Shown: positions 10,111 to 19,637, numbered from the stretch's first letter. The stretch is 64,000 nucleotides of DNA from Candidatus Flemingiibacterium sp. (GCA_045636145.1 JAZTWV010000030.1:623-64622); one strand, 5' to 3'. Translations and numbers: made by a program. Notes: generated from the letters alone by a model not told the origin.

Positions 10111-10279
10111 GTATAGGTAATAAAGTGCCTTTATCATATTATGATTGGTAAATGTTAGACACGGGTGCGGTTGATTGATAAATTAACAAAACCGTGTGTT
10201 TACGGCGCTTTCCCGGTGATTGTACCCCGTCATGATACGGGCTGCAATAAATTAAATTTATTTTTTATGGAGGAAGACC

Positions 10280-12469
10280 ATGAAGAAATTTCTTGCACTG
10301 TTGCTTGCAGCGGGCATGATGTTCTCCGCAGTTGCTTGCGTTGACAATACCGTTTCCGACGACACCGATACCGGCGTTGCTCAGACCGGTGATGACACCA
10401 CCGCAGGCGAGGCAGTTGAATATGTTGATCCGTATGCAGACATTGAAGACTACGATGAACTCTCCGCAGCTATCTACGAGGATGTTCTCGGAGACTTCGC
10501 TACCGCTTACGAGGCAGCAAAGGCTGCTACCAATGTTTCCGAAAGATACGCACTGATGGCTATTGCTGAGGCAAAGCTTATGGAAGACGCTCTTATGCTT
10601 CCGCTTTCCTCTAACGGCGGTCTTTACGCTATCTCCAGAGTTGCTCCCTACACCATCACATCCGTTCTTTGGGGCAACGACAGCTACAGATTCCATGATG
10701 CTATCGTCGCAACTGAGCCTCTCACCACAGGCGACCGCGATGAGATGAAGGCTAAGTGGGCTGAGCTTAAGGGCACCGGCGAATATGAGGCTTGGGCTGA
10801 GCAGTTCCTTGCTGATAAGGGCTACACCCTCAAGGACACATATTCCATCGGATATGCAAGCGATCCTCAGACATGGGACGTTCTTGCTACCTCCAGAGCT
10901 GCTGACTCTGAGGCTATTATCAATACCTATGACGGACTCTATGAGTACGACATGGAAAATGTACTTAAGCCTGCTCTTGCAGAGAGCTACACCGTTTCCG
11001 AGGACGGTCTTACCTATACCTTCACCCTTAAGTCCGGCCTCAAGTGGGTTGACTCTCAGGGACGTGAGGTTGCAGACGTTAAGGCTGACGACTTCGTTGC
11101 TGGTATGCAGCACATGATGGACGCGGCAGGCGGACTTGAGTACCTTGTTCAGGGTATCATCGTTAACGCTACCGAGTACCTTGGCGGCGAGGTTGACTTC
11201 TCTGAGGTTGGTGTTAAGGCTATCGACGACACCACTCTCGTTTACACTCTCGAACAGCCCACCTCTTACTTCATGACCATGCTTGGCTATGGTGTATTCG
11301 CTCCTATGAGCCGCGAATACTACACCTCCCAGGGCGGTCAGTTCGGCGCTGACTTCGATTCTTCCGCAGAGTCCTACACCTACGGTAAGACCCCCGATAA
11401 CATCGCATACTGCGGTCCTTATGTAGTAACCAACGCTACCGCTGAGAACACCATCGTTTTCGCGGCTAACGAATCTTATTGGGATGCTGAAAACATCAAC
11501 GTAAAGACCCTTACATGGCTCTTTAACGACGGTTCCGAGGCAACCAAGGCATACACCGATATGCTTGCAGGCGTAATTGACGGATGCAACCTCAACGCGG
11601 CTTCTCTTGAGATCGCACGCGGCGACGGCAACTTCGATAAGTACGGCTACACCTCTCTTACCGACGCTACCTCTTTCATGGCATTCTACAACGTAAACCG
11701 TTCTCAGATGACCAACGTTAACGACCCTGCTAAGGGCGTTTCCGCTAAGACCGAGGACGACGTTGTTCGTTCCAACGCAGCTCTCCGCAACGTACACTTC
11801 CGCCGTGCGCTCTCCTTTGCGCTTGACAGAGGTGCATACAATGCACAGACTGTAGGCGAGGATCTGAAGTATACCTCCCTCAGAAACTGCTACACTCCCG
11901 GTACTTTCGTATCTCTTGAGGAGGAAGTTACCGTATCCATCAACGGCACCGACAAGACCTACCCTGCCGGCACCTACTACGGTCAGATCATGCAGGATCA
12001 GATCGACGCTGACGGTGTTAAGATGATCGTTTGGGATCCTACCGCTGACGGCGGCATCGGTTCCTCCGACGGATTTGACGGCTGGTACAATGTTGAGAAT
12101 GCTGTAGCTGAGATGGCACTTGCTATCGAAGAGCTTGCGGCAATCGGCATCGAGATCACCGCTGAGAATCCCATCTATATTGACCTTCCTTACTACTCCG
12201 GCTCCGAAGTATACGGCAACCGTGCACAGGCTTACAAGCAGTGCATCGACACCGCTTTTGAGGGCAAGGTAATAATGAACCTCGTAACCTGCGAGACCGC
12301 TCAGGATTGGTACTATGCAGGCTACTACACCGATTTCGGTTCTGAGGCTAACTACGACATTTATGACGTATCCGGTTGGGGTCCTGACTACGGTGATCCC
12401 GCAACCTACCTTGACACATTCCTTGCTGACTACGCAGGATACATGGTTAAGTGCATCGGTATTTATTAA
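10280..12469 (+). CDS. family-5 (peptide/Opp-type) ABC substrate-binding lipoprotein, apparently circularly permuted
   Basis: Signal peptide plus lipobox (FSAVAC). Core LKPALAESYTVSEDGLTYTFTLKSGLKWVD motif, and GWGPDYGDPATYLDTF only 22 aa from the stop. Strong codon bias. Confidence 0.8.
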   Translation: MKKFLALLLAAGMMFSAVACVDNTVSDDTDTGVAQTGDDTTAGEAVEYVDPYADIEDYDELSAAIYEDVLGDFATAYEAAKAATNVSERYALMAIAEAKLMEDALMLPLSSNGGLYAISRVAPYTITSVLWGNDSYRFHDAIVATEPLTTGDRDEMKAKWAELKGTGEYEAWAEQFLADKGYTLKDTYSIGYASDPQTWDVLATSRAADSEAIINTYDGLYEYDMENVLKPALAESYTVSEDGLTYTFTLKSGLKWVDSQGREVADVKADDFVAGMQHMMDAAGGLEYLVQGIIVNATEYLGGEVDFSEVGVKAIDDTTLVYTLEQPTSYFMTMLGYGVFAPMSREYYTSQGGQFGADFDSSAESYTYGKTPDNIAYCGPYVVTNATAENTIVFAANESYWDAENINVKTLTWLFNDGSEATKAYTDMLAGVIDGCNLNAASLEIARGDGNFDKYGYTSLTDATSFMAFYNVNRSQMTNVNDPAKGVSAKTEDDVVRSNAALRNVHFRRALSFALDRGAYNAQTVGEDLKYTSLRNCYTPGTFVSLEEEVTVSINGTDKTYPAGTYYGQIMQDQIDADGVKMIVWDPTADGGIGSSDGFDGWYNVENAVAEMALAIEELAAIGIEITAENPIYIDLPYYSGSEVYGNRAQAYKQCIDTAFEGKVIMNLVTCETAQDWYYAGYYTDFGSEANYDIYDVSGWGPDYGDPATYLDTFLADYAGYMVKCIGIY

Positions 12470-12501
12470 TATCGGGCAAGGTTCCTAAATAAATGATGCG
12501 G

Positions 12502-12535
12502 TGGAGGATGGACCTCGGTTCATCCTCCATTGTGA
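12502..12535 (+). terminator. intra-operon hairpin (partial terminator/attenuator) between binding-protein and permease genes
   Basis: TGGAGGATG...CATCCTCCA 9-bp stem (12502-12529), weak T tract. Confidence 0.45.
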
Positions 12536-12553
12536 TAATAAAAGAGAGTTAAT

Positions 12554-14146
12554 ATGACGAAATATTTATTAAATCGCTTACTGCGCGGTCTGTTGTCGAT
12601 CATGGTGGTTGTGGCTATAGTAATGATACTGATCTATTCCTGCCTTGACAGAAATCAGATTTTTGCAAGCGACAGCAACTATTCACATCTCAAGAGCAAT
12701 GCCAAAGAGATATATAAGCTGCAGCAGTGGGAAAAGTATGGCTATTTGGACTATGTTCCCTATGCCGATTGGTTGAATTCGCTTCTTAAAACGGGTGAGA
12801 TCGACCAGGATACTTACACCTCCGCCGTTAAATTTGGTGACACGGCTGAGGACGATTCTGAGACCGTGGCACAGTATGTCAAGCTTTTTACCGATGAAAT
12901 GGAGGCAGACGGCTATGAGGTCGAGCGTCTTCCGGGACAGAAGCAGGGCAGAAAGTATAAGGAGGGCGGAAATCCCCGTCTTTATGCTTACAAGGATGTG
13001 CCCCTGATAAATCGTCTTTTTAATTACATAACGGGCATTTTCCAGGTGGATAATATTCACTATGTTCCCGAAGAGGCGGACATAGGAGAGCGGGGTCTTA
13101 CTTTTACGCTCTACGATCCCTTATATACTGATCCGCAAACGGGTGAGAAGAAATTTTCGCCTGCCATTATAGGAAACGGCACAAAAAATAAGTATTTACT
13201 GTACTTTGATGATCGTTTCCCGTATATCCATCAGAATTTGCTGACAATAAAGCTCGGCAGCTCCTACAGCATCAGTAAGGACACGGATGTGTTCAGTATA
13301 ATGACCGGAGCACAAGGCTCGCAGATGCGTTCTGAGATTACATACCCCACAGGTTACAAAGAAATAAGTGCGGACAACCTTCATTCCGCTACATATACAT
13401 CCGGCTCGCTTTCGGCGGGCGGCACGTTCCTCAGTGCACGTTTTACGGACGATTATACCACCGTCGGCACCTACAAGGCAGGACTTTCCAAGGTAGGCTA
13501 TTCCTTTGTAATAGGCGTTATCTCGGTTCTCCTTGCATACGTTCTGGCAATTCCGCTTGGAACGCTGATGGCACTGAAAAAAGACAAGCTTATTGATAAG
13601 CTCGGCACGATATATATTATATTTATCATTGCAGTGCCATCCCTTGCATACATCTTCCTCTTTAAAGCGATAGGAAGATCAATAGGGCTTCCCGGCACCT
13701 TTGATATGGAGAATCCCACATGGCTCATGTATGTACTGCCGATCATTTCTCTGGCACTCCCATCTATAGCTAACCTTATGAAGTGGCTGCGCCGCTACAT
13801 GATCGACCAGATGAACTCCGATTATGTTAAGTTTGCAAGATCGGGCGGTCTTTCCGAGGGCGAAATATTCAGAAAGCATATTTTAAAGAACGCGATCATT
13901 CCGATAGTTCACGGTATTCCCGCAGGCGTGCTTTCGGCACTTATCGGCGCTATTATCACGGAGCGCGTATATTCCGTGCCGGGTGCAGGACGTTTGCTTA
14001 CCAACGCCATAAATGCTTACGATAACGGTGTTATCGTTGGTATGACGCTGTTCTACGCACTGCTTTCCGTTGTATCCATAATTCTCGGCGATATACTCAT
14101 TTCGCTGGTTGACCCGAGAATTTCGTTTGTATCAAGGAAGAGGTGA
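12554..14146 (+). CDS. ABC permease (OppB/DppB-like) with enlarged extracytoplasmic loop
   Basis: 530 aa. N-terminal TM, ~270-aa hydrophilic region, then five hydrophobic spans with the BPD-transporter pattern (KFARSGGLSE...). Confidence 0.8.
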   Translation: MTKYLLNRLLRGLLSIMVVVAIVMILIYSCLDRNQIFASDSNYSHLKSNAKEIYKLQQWEKYGYLDYVPYADWLNSLLKTGEIDQDTYTSAVKFGDTAEDDSETVAQYVKLFTDEMEADGYEVERLPGQKQGRKYKEGGNPRLYAYKDVPLINRLFNYITGIFQVDNIHYVPEEADIGERGLTFTLYDPLYTDPQTGEKKFSPAIIGNGTKNKYLLYFDDRFPYIHQNLLTIKLGSSYSISKDTDVFSIMTGAQGSQMRSEITYPTGYKEISADNLHSATYTSGSLSAGGTFLSARFTDDYTTVGTYKAGLSKVGYSFVIGVISVLLAYVLAIPLGTLMALKKDKLIDKLGTIYIIFIIAVPSLAYIFLFKAIGRSIGLPGTFDMENPTWLMYVLPIISLALPSIANLMKWLRRYMIDQMNSDYVKFARSGGLSEGEIFRKHILKNAIIPIVHGIPAGVLSALIGAIITERVYSVPGAGRLLTNAINAYDNGVIVGMTLFYALLSVVSIILGDILISLVDPRISFVSRKR

Positions 14147-14150
14147 TAGC

Positions 14151-15143
14151 ATGGAAGAAAACAAGCTTATAAATTTGGATGAATTTAATATGTCCGATGA
14201 GGAGCTGTTCTCCCGTGTGGATCACAACAGTCTTGATTCGGAAAAGATCACCGCGCCAAGATATTCCTATTGGCAGTCGGTGTTCCGAGTGTTTTTCAGA
14301 AACAAGCTGAATATTGTCATTCTTGCCGTTCTTGCTGTTATAATAGCGTTTACATACGTATATCCGGCAGTTATCGGATACGATGCGGATGTTGATCCAT
14401 ATCAGAATCTGCTTGACCCCACGGCAAAGCATCTGTCACCGTCGGCGGCACTTGAAAAATTCGGCAATCACATAAGCTGGATACTCGGTACGGGTAAATC
14501 CGGCGAATCTACCTTTGATGCAATATGGTACGGTTCAAGCATATCCATATCTCTTGCACTTATCTGCGCTGCTATCAATATGACGGTGGGCGTTGTTGTC
14601 GGAGCGATATGGGGCTTTTCAAAGAAGGTTGACGCCGTTATGATGGAGGTCTACAACATTATCGCAAATGTTCCGTACATTCTGCTTATTTCCGTTGTAG
14701 TGCTTATCATGTCGGCTAACTTCTGGTCAATGGTATTTGCACTGACCGTTACCGGCTGGCTTGCCATTGCGTACTTTATAAGAACGCAGGTTATCATTAT
14801 CCGCGACAGAGAATATAATTTAGCATCACGCTGCCTTGGCACGCCTATCTTCCGTATAGCTACCAAGAATATCCTTCCCTTTATGACGTCGGTTATCGTT
14901 ACGCTTATCGCAACTGAGATTCCGTCGTATATTTCCTATGAAGTCTTCCTCTCATATATCGGAATGGGTCTTAAGGATATGTCTCTCGGTAAGCTTATCG
15001 AAGTGGCACAGGATGCTATGTTCACCCCGGGATGGCAGCTTGAATTCTGGAGTCCTGTTGCTGTGGCATCTATCATTACCGTCGTGCTTTATGTAGTCGG
15101 TCAGAATCTCGGTGATGCTTCAGACCCGAGAACTCATATGTAA
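14151..15143 (+). CDS. ABC permease (OppC/DppC-like)
   Basis: ATG 14151 follows GGAAGAGGTGA and the upstream stop at 14144-14146; multi-TM; ASRCLGT (cf. AAR.LG) EAA-loop motif. Confidence 0.8.
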   Translation: MEENKLINLDEFNMSDEELFSRVDHNSLDSEKITAPRYSYWQSVFRVFFRNKLNIVILAVLAVIIAFTYVYPAVIGYDADVDPYQNLLDPTAKHLSPSAALEKFGNHISWILGTGKSGESTFDAIWYGSSISISLALICAAINMTVGVVVGAIWGFSKKVDAVMMEVYNIIANVPYILLISVVVLIMSANFWSMVFALTVTGWLAIAYFIRTQVIIIRDREYNLASRCLGTPIFRIATKNILPFMTSVIVTLIATEIPSYISYEVFLSYIGMGLKDMSLGKLIEVAQDAMFTPGWQLEFWSPVAVASIITVVLYVVGQNLGDASDPRTHM

Positions 15144-15156
15144 GTGAGGCGGAGTT

Positions 15157-16905
15157 ATGGAAAAAAATAACGTACTTCTTTCAATAAAGGACCTTACGGT
15201 GAAATTCAGTGTTCGCGGAAGAACTCTTACCGCGATTCGCAATGTTTCACTTGACCTTTATGAAAACGAATCTATAGCAATTGTCGGCGAATCCGGTTCC
15301 GGTAAGTCGGTGCTTACCAAGACTTTTGCCGGTATGCTTGACCGAAACGGTTATATCAGCGAGGGAAGCATAATTTTCAGCGACGCGGAGCTTGCCGACA
15401 CCAATGTGGCTGTGGGTAATTTCGAGCGAAAGCTTATTGCCTCTGCCGAGAAGAAGCTTAACGAATATTCAAAGCTGGAGCTTGGTGCCGGTATCTTCCG
15501 TCAGATGCTGGAGCTTGAGGCGGAAAACAAGCACCGCTATGAGCTTAGCGAAGATGATGAGAAGCGTATGAGCGATGCTATAGCTGAACTCAACTTCAAG
15601 CGCACCGAGACCTACAACTACAGGCTTACTGTTGATCCCCGCACTCAAAAAGCGGAATACAAAGAGCTTGGCGCGAAGATAGCACAGCTTGATGAAGAGA
15701 TCAAGGCTCTTGCGAAGGAGCGCGAAAAGAATATTGCCGCGAGCAAAGCTGCGGCTAAGGCTGATACCAAGTATCTTGCGGAATATAACGAAAAAATGGC
15801 GGCTCTTAAGGCCGAATACGCCAAAGCGATCACCGGAGAGGTGAGCGAGACAACAAAAGAGAGAAATGCACTCATTGCGAAGGAAATTTACCTTTCTGTT
15901 GGAAGATTTCCGCTCAAAAAGAGACTTTCGCTCATTAACGCCCTTACAAAGGCACTGAGAAAAGCCATGGGGCTTGGTGTGGACCTCGACGACGATAATA
16001 CCAAGAACAAAATATTTGACGATATTGCGTTCAGAGTAAAATATCTTGACGAGACCGAAACAAATCTCCACGGAAAGTGCATACTCAATCTTGCAAAGGT
16101 GAAATATTCAAAGGACTGGACAAAAATCCGCGGCGGCAAGATCGCAACGGTGTTCCAGGACCCTATGACGTCGCTCAATCCTATTGTAACCATCGGAAAG
16201 CAGATTACCTCGGTTATCTTGAAGCACCAGGAGTGCTCTGAGATAGAGGCAAGAAAGCGCGCCATCATACTCATGAAAAAGGTTGGTATTCCAAACGCCG
16301 AAAAGCGTTTTGACGACTATCCTTTCCAATATTCCGGCGGTATGCGTCAGAGAATCGTTATCGCTATTGCCCTCAGCTGTCAGCCAAAGATACTTATCTG
16401 CGACGAGCCGACCACGGCACTTGATGTTACTATTCAGGCGCAGATACTTAAGCTTATCAAGGACCTTCAGAGAGAGTTCGGCTATACCATCGTATTTATA
16501 ACTCACGACCTTGGCGTTGTGGCGAATATCGCCGACCGTGTTGCGGTTCTTTACGCCGGACAGATCGTGGAGCTTGGTACGGTAGAAGAGGTATTTTACG
16601 ATTCACAGCACCCCTACACATGGGCACTGCTGTCGTCGCTTCCTCAGCTTGCGCAGAGAAATACCAAGCTGTATTCTATCTCCGGTACACCCCCGTCACT
16701 TTACAATAAGATCGTGGGTGACGCGTTTGCACCGAGAAACCCATACTGCCTTAAGATAGATACTCTCAAAGAGCCGCCTATGTTTAAGGTTACCGAAACT
16801 CACTTCGCTAAAACATGGCTGCTTGATCCCCGTTCTCCCAAGGTGGAGCGTCCGGAGATCATCCAGGATATCCATGAAAAGATGATGAGTACATACAATA
16901 TGTAA
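15157..16905 (+). CDS. ABC ATP-binding protein (OppD-like) with ~235-aa coiled-coil insertion
   Basis: Walker A GESGSGKS, Q-loop VFQDPMTSLNP, signature YSGGMRQR, Walker B ILICDEPTTALD, oligopeptide C-terminal HPYT motif. Confidence 0.85.
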   Translation: MEKNNVLLSIKDLTVKFSVRGRTLTAIRNVSLDLYENESIAIVGESGSGKSVLTKTFAGMLDRNGYISEGSIIFSDAELADTNVAVGNFERKLIASAEKKLNEYSKLELGAGIFRQMLELEAENKHRYELSEDDEKRMSDAIAELNFKRTETYNYRLTVDPRTQKAEYKELGAKIAQLDEEIKALAKEREKNIAASKAAAKADTKYLAEYNEKMAALKAEYAKAITGEVSETTKERNALIAKEIYLSVGRFPLKKRLSLINALTKALRKAMGLGVDLDDDNTKNKIFDDIAFRVKYLDETETNLHGKCILNLAKVKYSKDWTKIRGGKIATVFQDPMTSLNPIVTIGKQITSVILKHQECSEIEARKRAIILMKKVGIPNAEKRFDDYPFQYSGGMRQRIVIAIALSCQPKILICDEPTTALDVTIQAQILKLIKDLQREFGYTIVFITHDLGVVANIADRVAVLYAGQIVELGTVEEVFYDSQHPYTWALLSSLPQLAQRNTKLYSISGTPPSLYNKIVGDAFAPRNPYCLKIDTLKEPPMFKVTETHFAKTWLLDPRSPKVERPEIIQDIHEKMMSTYNM

Positions 16906-16917
16906 GGAGGAGAGACT

Positions 16918-18222
16918 GTGTCAATGGAAACTGAACAGAAGACACGCTCCGGCAAGCTGCCGGCAGTGGGTCCGAAGGATGAAAACGGCAGAGAGATACT
17001 GCTCTCTCTCAAAAATGTTGATATAACCTTCGGTAAGGGCGACAAGGCAGTAAAGGCTGTAAAGAATGCCACCTTTGATATCTACAAGGGTGAGACATTC
17101 TCGCTGGTTGGTGAATCCGGCTCAGGTAAAACAACTATCGGACGTGCGGTTATCCGCGTAAACCCCTGCGCCGCAGGCGAGATACAGTATAAAGGTGTAC
17201 GTATTTCGGGCAAGATATCCCATGCCCTTGACCGCGAGGTTATCAGAAATATACAGATGGTGTTCCAGGACCCCGCGGCATCTCTTAACGAGCGTGCTAC
17301 TGTAGATTACATCGTGTCTGAGGGTCTCTATAATTTCCACCTTTTCAAGAACGAGAAGGAACGCGTTAAAAAGGTAGAGGATATTATCGAGGCGGTAGGT
17401 CTGCTCCCTGAGCATCTTACGCGTTATCCCCATGAATTCTCCGGCGGTCAGCGTCAGAGAATCGGTATAGCACGTGCAATGGTAATGGAGCCGGAGCTGG
17501 TTATTGCGGATGAGCCAATATCGGCGCTTGACGTGTCCATTCGCGCTCAGGTGCTTAACCTGATGAAGAAATTCCAGCGTGAGCGCAACATCACATATAT
17601 GTTTATTGCTCACGACCTCTCGGTTGTCAGATTTATCTCTGACCGTATCGGCGTTATCTATAAGGGCGATATCGTTGAGGTTGCCGAGGCGGAGGAGCTG
17701 TTTAATTATCCGCTCCACCCCTATACGCGCTCGCTTATTTCCGCCATTCCGATTCCCGATCCCAAGCTTGAAAAAAGCAAGGTGCTGTTCACATACGACC
17801 CGTCGGTGCACGATTACAGCGAGGATAAACCCGAGCTGTGCGATGTTGGTCACGGTCATTTTGTGTACGGAAACAAAAAAGAGATCGAGGAATACAAGGC
17901 CATCCGCGAGGCAGGCGTGCCGATGAAATCGGTAACATTCAGAAGCGAGACCGAGGCGGCGGAAGCACCTGCACCGGAAGTGGAGGAAATATCCATAAAC
18001 GAAGAAATACTTGATACCCCCCTGCACGATACGGGAAGCAAATGGTATTCGGTTGCTTCCTTCTTCCTGCCACCGGTGGGACTTATTGCAGGCGGTATAT
18101 TCAAGCACTTTAAGCATATAAGAAACTTTAAGGCGTGCCTTAAGGGTGCACTTGCAGGCTTTGGCGTTGCGGCGGCAATCGTCGTGCTGTTCCTCATACT
18201 TCTTATTTTTGCTGTAATTTGA
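16918..18222 (+). CDS. ABC ATP-binding protein (OppF-like) with C-terminal two-helix membrane extension
   Basis: [46 protein letters not shown]; last ~60 aa strongly hydrophobic. ATG 16924 is an alternative start. Confidence 0.85.
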   Translation: MSMETEQKTRSGKLPAVGPKDENGREILLSLKNVDITFGKGDKAVKAVKNATFDIYKGETFSLVGESGSGKTTIGRAVIRVNPCAAGEIQYKGVRISGKISHALDREVIRNIQMVFQDPAASLNERATVDYIVSEGLYNFHLFKNEKERVKKVEDIIEAVGLLPEHLTRYPHEFSGGQRQRIGIARAMVMEPELVIADEPISALDVSIRAQVLNLMKKFQRERNITYMFIAHDLSVVRFISDRIGVIYKGDIVEVAEAEELFNYPLHPYTRSLISAIPIPDPKLEKSKVLFTYDPSVHDYSEDKPELCDVGHGHFVYGNKKEIEEYKAIREAGVPMKSVTFRSETEAAEAPAPEVEEISINEEILDTPLHDTGSKWYSVASFFLPPVGLIAGGIFKHFKHIRNFKACLKGALAGFGVAAAIVVLFLILLIFAVI

Positions 18223-18227
18223 TTCCC

Positions 18228-18262
18228 TTGGGGTTGTCACATTTTATGGGACAACCCCAAAG
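18228..18262 (+). terminator. hairpin terminator after the second ATPase gene
   Basis: TTGGGGTTGTC (18228-18238) pairs with GACAACCCCAA (18250-18260); weak T tract. Confidence 0.5.
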
Positions 18263-18285
18263 TATATTTATCTTGCGGAGTGTAT

Positions 18286-19551
18286 ATGAAAAACACAGAT
18301 GATAAACGTCCCCGCGGTGTGGGCGATGTAAAAAACATCGAGGTCTCCGAATCTCATATCAAACCCCGTGCCATATTTGCGGCAGTTTTTTTGGTCATAG
18401 GAATAGCGGCTATAGGTATATTCGTTCATTCTATGCTCACCACAGAGCCGGGATGGCAGACGGTTGAATTGAACCTATCCGAGCCGAGTGCGGCGGATGA
18501 ATTTACATTAACCTATCTGTTCGGCACAGGAGAGATGTCGCCTGCCGCGGAAAATAAGCTTATTGAGTCTGTTTATGCCGATGCCTGCCAAAAGGCATAC
18601 AAGCTGTTTGATTCTGAGCTTCTGTTTGACGGCGTAAGCAATGTTGCATATATAAACGCTCATATAAACGAGGAAATATCCGTAGACCCCGTTCTTTATG
18701 ATGCTTTTTCAAAGATAGAAGCTTATGGTAGCCGATATCTGTATCTTGCGCCTGTATACGGTGAGTACGATGCGGCGTTTTTCGGTATCGAAATGCCGTC
18801 CGCTGCGGCAGAGCTTGATCCGTATGTAAACTTGGAGTTTGCACAGGAGCTTAGTACCCTTGCGGAATATGCCGCATCGCCCGAACATATATCATTAAAT
18901 CTCCTCGGAGACAGCAAAATAATGCTGTCTGTGTCGGAGGAATACCTTGAATTTGCAAAAGAATACGGTATTACTTCATATATTGATTTTTACCGTACAA
19001 AAAATGCGTTTATTATTGATTATCTGGCACAGGTTTTGCAGGAAAACGGCTTCGGATGCGCCACTATTACAAGCTATGACGGGTATACCCGAAATTTAGA
19101 TGTCAGGGGCGACGAGTACGTTTTTAACATCTTCGACCGTGTTGGCGGCGAGGTTTACAGAGCGGCAGAGCTTTATTATACCGCGCCGAGGGCAGTGGTG
19201 AGCTTTCGCGACTATCCTGCAAGCGAGCGCGAGAGCTACAACTACTATATGTACGGTGACAGAATTATATCTCCGTTTATTGATACAGCTGACGGACTTT
19301 ACAGGTGCGCTGTAAGCAGTTTGACCGCATATTCGGGACATATGGGGTGTGCCGATGTGCTTCTTCGCGTTCTGCCGGTATATATTTCAGATGCAGTGGA
19401 CGCGGAGGCGCTGGAATCACTTGCAGATGATAAGATTTACAGCGTTTGGTGCGAGGATTCTGTAATATACTCCACGGATGAAAAAGCGCGGATAGAGGGA
19501 ATATACAGTGATGAGGAGAGGGGATATACCCTTGCTCACGCGGATTCGTAA
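18286..19551 (+). CDS. membrane-anchored extracytoplasmic protein with distant, degenerate ApbE-like pattern
   Basis: GGAG RBS then ATG 18286; one N-terminal TM. Block order (FGT.., ..NVAYIN..ISVDP, IDFYRTKNAFIIDYLAQVLQENG, YNYYMYGDRIISPFIDTADG, ..CADVLL) recalls ApbE, but key residues differ. Confidence 0.35.
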   Translation: MKNTDDKRPRGVGDVKNIEVSESHIKPRAIFAAVFLVIGIAAIGIFVHSMLTTEPGWQTVELNLSEPSAADEFTLTYLFGTGEMSPAAENKLIESVYADACQKAYKLFDSELLFDGVSNVAYINAHINEEISVDPVLYDAFSKIEAYGSRYLYLAPVYGEYDAAFFGIEMPSAAAELDPYVNLEFAQELSTLAEYAASPEHISLNLLGDSKIMLSVSEEYLEFAKEYGITSYIDFYRTKNAFIIDYLAQVLQENGFGCATITSYDGYTRNLDVRGDEYVFNIFDRVGGEVYRAAELYYTAPRAVVSFRDYPASERESYNYYMYGDRIISPFIDTADGLYRCAVSSLTAYSGHMGCADVLLRVLPVYISDAVDAEALESLADDKIYSVWCEDSVIYSTDEKARIEGIYSDEERGYTLAHADS

Positions 19552-19606
19552 ACGAAAGGAAACCATACGCCTATTAAGCGTGATGTCCTTAAAGGAGAAT
19601 AGGAAA

Positions 19607-19637
19607 AAGGCAGGCAGTTTTAATTGCCTGTCTTTTT
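19607..19637 (+). terminator. rho-independent terminator
   Basis: CAGGCA...TGCCTG stem followed by TTTTT at 19632-19636. Confidence 0.6.

Noticed and set aside
10265-11797. 510-aa ORF antisense to the substrate-binding protein gene
   Set aside because: Same codon-bias artefact. The sense strand has an RBS, a lipobox and family-5 motifs.
12470-12553. Possibility that the binding-protein gene is a 3'-truncated pseudogene
   Set aside because: Only 84 bp, occupied by a hairpin and the permease RBS, follow the stop, and no frame carries remnants of the missing C-terminal segment. The segment's motif pattern is found at the N-terminus instead (see the circular-permutation finding).
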